Below, piece by piece: positions 34,762 through 42,785 of a stretch of DNA of 62,680 nucleotides. The stretch is from a virus. The DNA lies in the IMG/VR virus record IMGVR_UViG_3300050019_000092, positions 1-62,680 of that record, one strand, 5' to 3'. The translations under genes were made by a program, and so were the position numbers. The notes below the pieces were generated by a model, which worked only from the letters and a program-made list of their open reading frames with translations, did no database searches and was not told the origin of the DNA. Position 1 is the stretch's first letter. The number at the start of each line of letters is the position of its first letter.

Positions 34762-35670
34762 ATGGGCGGCAATAGTCCCCAGACAACTCAGCAAACGCAG
34801 AACAGCGTCTCCTCGCCTTGGACGGCAGCCCAACCGTTGCTGACGAGTCTTCTTGGTTCCTATGGTGATCAAAGCACTGCGGTGACGCCGGCGCAGACTG
34901 CGGCCATGGCGCAGTTAACCGGTGACACCAGCGCCATTCCAAATCAGGGCGCAGCCGCTTCCGGGGCAGTGGGGAGTGCGCTTAATTTCAACACGACGCC
35001 GCAGGTAGGCATGTTGAGTAATTCTCTGAACAGTTTGCAGACCAATCTCAATCCGACAGCTTCCGGCGCGAATCTCGATCCATATTCGACGCCTGGATTC
35101 TCCGATGCTCTCAAGACGATGACGCAGGATACCACAAACGCGGTGAAGGGGGTTTATGCTGGCTCGGGGCGCGATCCGTCCGGCGCTGGCTCATTTGCTC
35201 AATCGCTCGGCCGCGGCATTACGCAGGGCGAGGCTCCAGTCATAGCGAGCCAAGCCAATCAGAATATTGCGAACATGATGGGCGCGAACAGCACGCTATT
35301 CAACGCTGGCAATACGGCCGCCATCGGCGAGGCCGGGCTCGGTGCCACCGGTGCTGGCGTCAATCTCGCTGGCGTGAATGCAGCGCCTGGTGCCGCTACT
35401 GCCTATTCCGCGCCGGGATCGACGGCATTGGGATCCGCGAATGCGGCCTATCAGACGCCATGGACGAATCTTGCTTCGCTGCTCACCCCTGCGGCCACCA
35501 TCGGTTCGCTCGGTGGTCAGACGAATGCCTCGGGAACTTCGACCACAACGCCTGCAAATAATATGTTCTCGAATATTCTTGGCGGCGTTGCTGGTGGTGC
35601 CGGTCTGCTCAGCGCATCTGGGGCTGGCGGCTCTGCCGGATGGTTGGCCCCTATGCTGGCTGGGTTGTAA
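34762..35670 (+). CDS. Internal virion protein (G/A/S/N-rich, 302 aa)
   Basis: Low-complexity composition typical of ejection proteins, and its position fits. Confidence 0.55.
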   Translation: MGGNSPQTTQQTQNSVSSPWTAAQPLLTSLLGSYGDQSTAVTPAQTAAMAQLTGDTSAIPNQGAAASGAVGSALNFNTTPQVGMLSNSLNSLQTNLNPTASGANLDPYSTPGFSDALKTMTQDTTNAVKGVYAGSGRDPSGAGSFAQSLGRGITQGEAPVIASQANQNIANMMGANSTLFNAGNTAAIGEAGLGATGAGVNLAGVNAAPGAATAYSAPGSTALGSANAAYQTPWTNLASLLTPAATIGSLGGQTNASGTSTTTPANNMFSNILGGVAGGAGLLSASGAGGSAGWLAPMLAGL

Positions 35671-35695
35671 TAGAGAAATCTTGGAATGATTGATT

Positions 35696-36208
35696 ATGGC
35701 TCCATTCGGATCGCTCGCTCCCGGCAGAGATACAGGTCAAAATATCCCTGAATCTCATGAGACGCTGCAGGCGCAACAGAAACAACTGATCGATGGTCGG
35801 AAAGCGGCACAAATGTTCCCGATGAACTCCAGCGAATTGCCATTGCCTTCCGGTATGCACCGTATTGTTACGCCGCGCGGAATTTTTCATTTCAATCCGA
35901 GCAAGGTTTCCCGCCATCACGTTGCCAGGTTGAGTGCGGCAGGGCGCGAGAATGAACTTCTAGGAATGGGACCGTATAGTAAATCCGACATCGCCAATCG
36001 CATGCATGCTGGCGAGCCTATGGTGGCCGTTACGGAACGCAGCCCTGATGGCACTGAGGTGAAGGCTGCGGCCGGAACACCAAGCACAGCTCAATCACAG
36101 ATTTCCGCGTTTCATAAAAGCAAAACGCCGGGCAATGTCATAGGTATCGAGTCGGTTGCTGGTGTGTTATCAAATCGTAAATCTGCGGCAATGAGAAAGG
36201 CATACTAA
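35696..36208 (+). CDS. Hypothetical virion protein with N-terminal PFGSLAPGRDTGQ motif
   Basis: Begins MAPFGSLAPGRDTGQ, nearly identical to the C-terminus of the 29629..31842 product. Confidence 0.6.
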   Translation: MAPFGSLAPGRDTGQNIPESHETLQAQQKQLIDGRKAAQMFPMNSSELPLPSGMHRIVTPRGIFHFNPSKVSRHHVARLSAAGRENELLGMGPYSKSDIANRMHAGEPMVAVTERSPDGTEVKAAAGTPSTAQSQISAFHKSKTPGNVIGIESVAGVLSNRKSAAMRKAY

Positions 36209-36209
36209 G

Positions 36210-36566
36210 ATGGTCGGCTCTCCGCTCATGAACATGAACACATCCCTTCTGCCGCAGCAGAACAACGGTCAGATGGGCATGGCTATATTGCAGGCCGCGC
36301 TCAAGGCAGGCGCTCCGGGTGCTGGCGGCGGTACCCCTCCCGTCCCTGGCGACCCTTCCGCTCAGCAGCCCCTCTCGCTGGCGCCGCCAAATCCGGGCCC
36401 AGGTAATGGATTGCTTTCGAAGATATTTGGCGGTGGCCAGCCAACTCCACCGACGCCTCCGATCGATCCGAATACCGGCCTGCCTGTGACGCCGGATGTG
36501 ATGGCTGGTGCGGCGGGTATGGGCGGGGCTGGGCCATCGCCGACGGCGCTGACCGGTCTATGGTGA
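36210..36566 (+). CDS. Proline/glycine-rich small virion protein
   Basis: ORF track entry. Contains PLSLAPPNP. Confidence 0.55.
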   Translation: MVGSPLMNMNTSLLPQQNNGQMGMAILQAALKAGAPGAGGGTPPVPGDPSAQQPLSLAPPNPGPGNGLLSKIFGGGQPTPPTPPIDPNTGLPVTPDVMAGAAGMGGAGPSPTALTGLW

Positions 36567-36574
36567 GGTGAATT

Positions 36575-38659
36575 GTGGCGCTTCTTGACCAATATTTCCC
36601 CGGTTCCAATGCCCAGCCGCTGACTGATCCTTCGGCTATGACGCCGGAGATGATCGCCAAGATGGGGTTGCTGGCTCGCCTGTTGCGTGAGCCGCAGGCG
36701 GTTGGTGGGTATGGTGCCGGAACCGGGGCGACGCTTGCTGGCGTTTCGCCGTCGTCCGGTGATCCGCTAAATGGCGACCAGAGCGGGTCCGCTCCGCTGC
36801 CACCGCAAGAGGCATCGATCAATAATCCGAATATGCCGCTTCAGACGCCGACATACGATACGGGGAGCTATTCACCGGCATCGGCCGTGGGTGCGGCGTC
36901 GGCCGTTGGTGACGTCGGGCAGCCCGGTAAGCGTCTCGCTGGCCTGCGTGTTCGGCCCGGCTCGGTGATCGACAACATCATGGATTCGGTCGGGGGTGGC
37001 GCAAACGGCACTGCTGCGGCCGCGCCGGCGCCTGCGGCTTCTGCGACTACGTCACCCATTTCACCGGCTGGAATGGGCTTTGCTGGATTATTGAATGAGC
37101 CGAAAAATGGCGGATTTGATATTCCACCGTCTACAAATGACGTTCAATCCCATCAGCCGCCTGTTTTCAAGGACGGCGTTCCATTGCCTCGCCCGCGGCC
37201 GGATGCTGGCCTGAATGGACGCGATGAGCAGCCCGCTGGTGCGCCATTGTCGCTTGCCCCTCCCAATCCTTCGGATTCCGCCGCCTTGCCTCCTGGTGCC
37301 ACGCCTGCTGGCCCTGCGGCCCCTTCTACGGGCCCCTCTGGTGGGGCATCGCCTATCGGCGATGGGCTCAAATCCGTATTGGGCAACCTTTTTGACCCAA
37401 ATCATGCCGCGACCTGGATGGCGCTGGCATCTGGCTTTGCCGGGGCTCCCAACATCGGGCAGGGCATCTCGCGCGCCTCGGCGGCGGCGGTTCCCGCAAT
37501 CGCGGCGGATCGGGCCAATGCCCTGAAAATGAGCGGGATCACGCAGACATATCAGGCGGTTAGGTCACAATTGATCGCACAAGGCATGGATCCGGCCAAG
37601 GCTGGCATGCAGGCGATCGCCATGGCGCAAAATCCGGAACTGCTCAAATTGGCCGGGCCTAAGATTTTCGGCACGTTGCCGCCGACCGTTCATATGGTCA
37701 CTGATGCATTCGGTGGACAGACGCCGGCCATCTTCGATCCAAACAAAGGGTCTTTTGTCGATGAGAAGGGTCAGCCGACGACCGGGAGCGCTACTCCGGT
37801 CGGTGGCGCTGGCTATCTGGCGAAGGGCGTCCAAGCCGAGGATCAGACGCTTGGCGGTAAGGAATATCTCGATCAGTATTCGCCCGAGGTGCAGGCTTCC
37901 GTGCAGAATTACATCGATGGCAAATCGATGCCGACCGGCAATGCGCGCAAGGGCTGGACGATGAAAATCAAATCGATCGCGCAAAAATATAGCCAGGACA
38001 TGGGCGATCCGGTGGACGACAACACGTTCGCTGCACGCCGGACAATGCGGACCCAGCTTTCCTCGGGTACCCCGGGCTCGGTCGGCGGTCAGCGCAATGC
38101 CGGTCAGGTCATGCTCGGTCATCTGGATACCGTGGCAAATGCTGCTGAGGCCATGGGCAATTGGAATCCTAGTGTTTTCCCTGACCTCGCTCATTGGATC
38201 AATGGAGCCATGCAAAGCGGTTCCACATCGCAGGCAGCAAAGGCAAATGGCCTAAATGATGCTGTGCAGCGATATGTGGCCGAAGTCGAGAAATACTACG
38301 CTGGTGGCGTCGGGGCACAATCCGCTCGCGATGATGCCGAGAAGAGATTTTCTTCGGTCAAAACCCCGGCGGAACTTGCTGCTGCGATCCAGGCCGAGCG
38401 TAGCCTTGGGCAATCGAAACTCAACGTTATCGATGGGCAAATCCGGACCACACTTGGTGAAAAGGGGGCGGCTCAATATCCTTCGATAACGCCAGAAGTT
38501 CAGCAGCACATGAAGAACATCGACGCGACCGTTGCTCGGATGCAGGGCCGCGGTAGTGCGGCTCCCGCCGCGCCGGCCGCGCCGCGCGCCGCGCCGCCTC
38601 CGGGGAATTACGTCTATAGGGGGCCCGGCCAGCCGCTGGTGCCTGCGCCTGCGCAATGA
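36575..38659 (+). CDS. Internal virion protein (694 aa)
   Basis: GTG start after GAGGTG. The N-terminal part is P/A/G-rich and also contains PLSLAPPNP. The C-terminal part is helical. Confidence 0.65.
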   Translation: MALLDQYFPGSNAQPLTDPSAMTPEMIAKMGLLARLLREPQAVGGYGAGTGATLAGVSPSSGDPLNGDQSGSAPLPPQEASINNPNMPLQTPTYDTGSYSPASAVGAASAVGDVGQPGKRLAGLRVRPGSVIDNIMDSVGGGANGTAAAAPAPAASATTSPISPAGMGFAGLLNEPKNGGFDIPPSTNDVQSHQPPVFKDGVPLPRPRPDAGLNGRDEQPAGAPLSLAPPNPSDSAALPPGATPAGPAAPSTGPSGGASPIGDGLKSVLGNLFDPNHAATWMALASGFAGAPNIGQGISRASAAAVPAIAADRANALKMSGITQTYQAVRSQLIAQGMDPAKAGMQAIAMAQNPELLKLAGPKIFGTLPPTVHMVTDAFGGQTPAIFDPNKGSFVDEKGQPTTGSATPVGGAGYLAKGVQAEDQTLGGKEYLDQYSPEVQASVQNYIDGKSMPTGNARKGWTMKIKSIAQKYSQDMGDPVDDNTFAARRTMRTQLSSGTPGSVGGQRNAGQVMLGHLDTVANAAEAMGNWNPSVFPDLAHWINGAMQSGSTSQAAKANGLNDAVQRYVAEVEKYYAGGVGAQSARDDAEKRFSSVKTPAELAAAIQAERSLGQSKLNVIDGQIRTTLGEKGAAQYPSITPEVQQHMKNIDATVARMQGRGSAAPAAPAAPRAAPPPGNYVYRGPGQPLVPAPAQ

Positions 38660-41600
38660 CCATAAACGTTACCGGACCTGACGGCTCCAACATCGCTTTT
38701 CCGGACGGAACTCCGGAAAACGAGATCACCTCTGCGTTGGATGCCCACTATGGCGCGCCGGCGCATCCCGCGGCCGCTGGATTCGATAGGACCGATCCTC
38801 GGTTTTCTGGCGGCGCGATGGCGGGCGAGAAATTCCTCGAGGGCGTTCCTGTCCTCGGCGGTCTTGTTCCCCATGCCGGTGCTGCCATTTCAGCGGTCGC
38901 TCACCCCTTAACTGGCGTTGGCGCTCCGGGCGAGACCGTTGCCGAACGCTATCGGGCCAATCTCGCGGCCGAAAAGGCAGCATCGGCGGAGGCCGATACT
39001 GAGCATCCGGTACTTTCCACTGGCCTGAAAATCGGCGGCGGGGTGGCGTCGTTTGGCGGTGCTCTTAAGGCGGTACCCAAACTTGCCGGCCCGCTTGGCT
39101 TCGAAGGCACCATTCCGCAGATGATTACCAAGGGTGCCGTGTCAGGTGCCGGCCTGAGTGCGGCCGACGCGGCGGTGCGCGGGCAGGATCCCGGGACTGC
39201 AGCCGTTGAGGGTGGCATTCTCGGCAGCGTTGCCGGACCCATCGGCCGTGGCATCGGCAAAGTGGCGGGAGCGGTCATGCGGAGTGGGCGCGGCGCGGCG
39301 CCGCTCGAGCATGCGGTCACCACTCCAGTGGCTGGCGTCGATGTCCCGGTTCCCAGCATGGATCCGGCCGTGCAGTCGCAGATTGAGATTGCCCGCAAGG
39401 GCGCGGCTGGTGTTCCGGCCCAGCAGGTGGTGCAGACTGGTGATGTCGCCAGAGATGCAGCGATCGAGAAGGCCAAGGGCAATATCGGGGCTGGTCTTGA
39501 TCCAAATGCCACCGGCGTGCCGCCCCCGCAGGACAGCGCTGAGACGGTAGCAGCAGAATTGCGGGCCCAAGAGGCCAATCGTTTCCAAACCGAACAGGCG
39601 ACCACCGCTCGGGCAGTACAAGGCACTCAGGAACTGCGGCAAAGCCTTGATACGACCGTGGCACCTCCGGAGGTCATCCAGGCGGCTCATGACGATTTCG
39701 CCAAGTTTGGGGCCAAGAATGCCTTCGTGCCTCAAAAAGCACAGCAAATCAGTGATAAATTTGGCCCTCGGGCTGCCGAAGGCTACACGACCGAGTATGA
39801 TCGGCTGATCGAAGCGAGTCGGCAGGCGCAAGGGAATGTCTCACAAGAAGCAATGCAGCCGGTGCGGGGTGCGCCGCCATCGCCCGAAGCAGCGGTATTG
39901 CCGGGCGTGCCACGCGGCCCAGATGCAGGCGTGGCGCCGGGAACATCCGTTGACCCCGGGGCAGAGATTCAAGGACTCGGCGCGGAGCTACGCGGGGGTT
40001 TACCTGCGGCGGGGCAAATTGAATCGGCAGCCCTGTCAGATATGCGGGGAACTGGACAGCCAAATGCACCATCCGGATTACCGGCAGCCCCTGCTGGTGG
40101 AATGGATGTGCCGCCCCTGTCATCTGGGCTTGCACGCGAAGCAGCCCCCTTGGGTAGCCCCCCCGCCAGCGCAGCAGCCCCCCCAAATCCGGCAACTGTC
40201 CCTGCCATTCATGCAGAGTCCCCCCTAGCCGCTGGGGAAGTGCTCTCGGCTGGCATTCAGCGCAAGGCTGAAGAAGCTGCGGCGAAGCGGACGGCTGCCT
40301 ATGAGGCCAAAGCGCAGATTCCCGGCGAATATGACCCGCGATCGCTCAGGGGTTCCGGCAACGCCATCCGGAATCAATTGAGCAGCGGTCCTATTGAAGA
40401 TCGGGTGAGCGTAAATTCGACGACGCCTAATTCATCGGCCGCCCTACAATTGATCGACGAGACCATTGGCGGCAAGCCTCCGGCTGTTCTGCCGAATGAG
40501 GCTACGCCTTTCACCGCAATCCGCGGCGAGGGTGGAAAATTCGAGAGTGGACAGGTTCCCGAACCGATCACCGGACAGACGATGGAGGGTGTGCGTAAGG
40601 CACTCAATCGGCTCTATTCGAACGCCAATCGGGCGGCCAATAGCCCGGGCGGAAGCGCTGAGGATTTGCGCGGCATGAAGCGCATAATCGATGCTTTCGA
40701 CACTCATATTTCAACTGTCGAGGATGCTGGTGGCTTCTCAGGCGATGCCGATGCTTTGGCAAAGGCTCGGCTTGCCGCGCGTGCGGCGCATGCGGATTAT
40801 AAGCAGACCTTCACGCCTCAAGGTCGTGGCGACAAAGTAGGCGCGAGCATAGAGAAGATCATTGGTCGCTTCGATGGGCAGGAAGCTGGTGCCGATCAGG
40901 TTTCGCAGATGGCCTATGGCTCACCTGCGGAACCCGGCGGGACGCCAGCAGCCCAATTGGCGCAGCGGATCAAGTCCATCTTCGGTGAGAATTCGAAGGA
41001 GTGGGCGGCTTATAAACAGGGTCTTTTATCGCATCTCGTCGATAATCCAGACGGCACGCCTCGGGCCGCTGCCGACGCGGCCATGCGCATCGATAAATTC
41101 CTAAAGGCTCCGAAGGGGAAAATTCTATCGCAGGTGGCTCTCACATCTGATGATCGTGCTGCTTTGGCGAATCACGCCGAGACTTTGCGCGCGTCTACTC
41201 CGGTTGCTTTCAAGGATCTGGACAGCCCGAACAAGATCATCGGTCGAATTACCGGCCGCGATGGCGGCCCGCTTCCGTCTCTCAATGAGGTGACCGATCT
41301 GTTGATGGGCCCGGGCGATAAGGCGACGCTGATCTCGACTCTCAAGCGCACGCTGTCGAAGGATGGATTCAATGCCCTGCGCGTTGGCATGTGGAACAAG
41401 ACTATCGGCGTGACCGAGGGCAAAACCGATCTTTCGCCGAAGCGCCTGTCCGACAATATCTTCGAGTTGCTCAATGGCTCGCGCAGTGCCACCGCGCAGG
41501 CTCTCTATTCGTCGGCGGAGCGGACTGAAATGCTGCGGCTGGCGCAGGCGATCAAGATGCATATTCCGCTGCCGGGCACGACCAATCCATCGGGGACTGC

Positions 41601-41865
41601 TCCGATGCTGACCAAGATTGCCGGTAAGGCAGCGGAGGGCATCCTTCCGCTGGCCGGGCTCATGCATGGTGGTATCCCCGGTGCCATCGTGGGTGCTGTA
41701 GCCAATAAGGGCGTGACCGCGGCGCGCAATGCGAGCGCTGCAAGGCGAATCGGTTCGTTGTATTACGGTGAGCAGCCGAAGATTCCGGTTGATCCGCGGT
41801 TTGCTCGAGCGGCTGCTATCGCCGCTCGCGGCGTTCAGCAGGGCCAAGTCGGTAGTGGTCCCTAA
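38656..41865 (+). CDS. Large internal virion protein (1069 aa)
   Basis: ATGA overlap start. The call rests on size and position before the transglycosylase and tail fibres. Confidence 0.7.
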   Translation: MTINVTGPDGSNIAFPDGTPENEITSALDAHYGAPAHPAAAGFDRTDPRFSGGAMAGEKFLEGVPVLGGLVPHAGAAISAVAHPLTGVGAPGETVAERYRANLAAEKAASAEADTEHPVLSTGLKIGGGVASFGGALKAVPKLAGPLGFEGTIPQMITKGAVSGAGLSAADAAVRGQDPGTAAVEGGILGSVAGPIGRGIGKVAGAVMRSGRGAAPLEHAVTTPVAGVDVPVPSMDPAVQSQIEIARKGAAGVPAQQVVQTGDVARDAAIEKAKGNIGAGLDPNATGVPPPQDSAETVAAELRAQEANRFQTEQATTARAVQGTQELRQSLDTTVAPPEVIQAAHDDFAKFGAKNAFVPQKAQQISDKFGPRAAEGYTTEYDRLIEASRQAQGNVSQEAMQPVRGAPPSPEAAVLPGVPRGPDAGVAPGTSVDPGAEIQGLGAELRGGLPAAGQIESAALSDMRGTGQPNAPSGLPAAPAGGMDVPPLSSGLAREAAPLGSPPASAAAPPNPATVPAIHAESPLAAGEVLSAGIQRKAEEAAAKRTAAYEAKAQIPGEYDPRSLRGSGNAIRNQLSSGPIEDRVSVNSTTPNSSAALQLIDETIGGKPPAVLPNEATPFTAIRGEGGKFESGQVPEPITGQTMEGVRKALNRLYSNANRAANSPGGSAEDLRGMKRIIDAFDTHISTVEDAGGFSGDADALAKARLAARAAHADYKQTFTPQGRGDKVGASIEKIIGRFDGQEAGADQVSQMAYGSPAEPGGTPAAQLAQRIKSIFGENSKEWAAYKQGLLSHLVDNPDGTPRAAADAAMRIDKFLKAPKGKILSQVALTSDDRAALANHAETLRASTPVAFKDLDSPNKIIGRITGRDGGPLPSLNEVTDLLMGPGDKATLISTLKRTLSKDGFNALRVGMWNKTIGVTEGKTDLSPKRLSDNIFELLNGSRSATAQALYSSAERTEMLRLAQAIKMHIPLPGTTNPSGTAPMLTKIAGKAAEGILPLAGLMHGGIPGAIVGAVANKGVTAARNASAARRIGSLYYGEQPKIPVDPRFARAAAIAARGVQQGQVGSGP
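39836..40228 (+). CDS. Embedded +1-frame ORF: zinc-ribbon / His-Me-finger (HNH-like) protein, 130 aa
   Basis: Four CxxC pairs (CSRC, CRAC, CQIC, CRPC) plus HH...CRPCHLGLH. By hand count, G/C at third positions is about 81% in this frame versus about 50% in the host frame. Confidence 0.55.
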   Translation: MSHKKQCSRCGVRRHRPKQRYCRACHAAQMQAWRREHPLTPGQRFKDSARSYAGVYLRRGKLNRQPCQICGELDSQMHHPDYRQPLLVEWMCRPCHLGLHAKQPPWVAPPPAQQPPQIRQLSLPFMQSPP

Positions 41866-42025
41866 TCCTCAAGCCGTATCCCACGGCGAGGACTCCCAAT
41901 AGAATAATTCCGGCGGTGTATGTGCCGACCCAGCCGACGAATGCCGGGATGATGTGAAGGCGTAGCGTAATTATCACGCCGAGAAATGTGACGACCATCG
42001 CGAGTTTAAGGGGAAATGGGATCAT
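41816..42025 (-). CDS. Antisense small two-TM membrane protein (69 aa)
   Basis: Hand translation is MIPFPLKLAMVVTFLGVIITLRLHIIPAFVGWVGTYTAGIILLGVLAVGYGL. It fills an otherwise non-coding 158-nt gap. Confidence 0.4.
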   Translation of the reverse strand: MIPFPLKLAMVVTFLGVIITLRLHIIPAFVGWVGTYTAGIILLGVLAVGYGLRIRDHYRLGPAERRERR

Positions 42026-42776
42026 GGCTGACTCCGCTATCGATATTCCCGCGATCATTCGTGAGCGGGCTTTGGCGAATGGTGTGGATCCCGACACGCT
42101 CTTGCGCACGGCGCACGTCGAAAGCGGGCTTGACCCTAATAGCGCAAATCCTTCGTCATCGGCGAAAGGTTTGTTCCAATTCACAGGCAAGACTTGGCAG
42201 CAATACGGCAACGGAGCCAACCCGCTTGATCCGGTGGCGAGTGCGGACGCGGGCGCGCGGTTCATGTCAAATAATCAGCGGCTGCTTTCGTCCGCTGGTA
42301 TCGATCCGACGCCCGGGGCACTTTATCTGAGCCATTTCGCTGGTCCTGGTGGGGCTCTTAAGGTTCTGCGCTCCGATCCAACTGCGTCGGCTGCTGACCT
42401 GCTCGGCCCCGATGCGGTCAAGGCCAATCCGTTCCTCGCCAAGATGTCGGCCGGCGATCTGCAATCTTGGGCCAACAGCAAAATGAGCGGAAGTGCGCCG
42501 ACGCGGACGGCGAGTGCAACAAACCCGGGCGGTGGTGCAACGGCAGGCGTTCCTGCCGCGGGCGGCATTCCTGATACGAGCGGAGCGGCCGCGGCTGATC
42601 AAGGCTCCCTTACTCCTGAGTTGATGGCGCAACTGCAGGGCATTCCGACGATGCTCGCCAAGCAGGGGGCGCCACTCGAACCTTCTCCACAACTGCAGCC
42701 GATGGCCGATCCGGCGGCGGCGGCTCGCGCCCGAATCGTGCAGCGTGCTATAGCGTCACAGCCGATCACGGGATAA
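42024..42776 (+). CDS. Lytic transglycosylase (SLT domain) virion-associated muralytic protein
   Basis: Catalytic region is HVESGLDPNSANPSSSAKGLFQFTGKTWQQYG. AAGGGGA lies upstream of the ATG. Confidence 0.8.
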   Translation: MADSAIDIPAIIRERALANGVDPDTLLRTAHVESGLDPNSANPSSSAKGLFQFTGKTWQQYGNGANPLDPVASADAGARFMSNNQRLLSSAGIDPTPGALYLSHFAGPGGALKVLRSDPTASAADLLGPDAVKANPFLAKMSAGDLQSWANSKMSGSAPTRTASATNPGGGATAGVPAAGGIPDTSGAAAADQGSLTPELMAQLQGIPTMLAKQGAPLEPSPQLQPMADPAAAARARIVQRAIASQPITG

Positions 42777-42785
42777 GGATTCGCC

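Noticed and set aside
41988-42776. GTG 41988 as the transglycosylase start
   Set aside because: The first 12 codons overlap the better-supported antisense or gap region and lack an SD. The ATG at 42024, preceded by AAGGGGA, gives an N-terminus that leads directly into the SLT domain.
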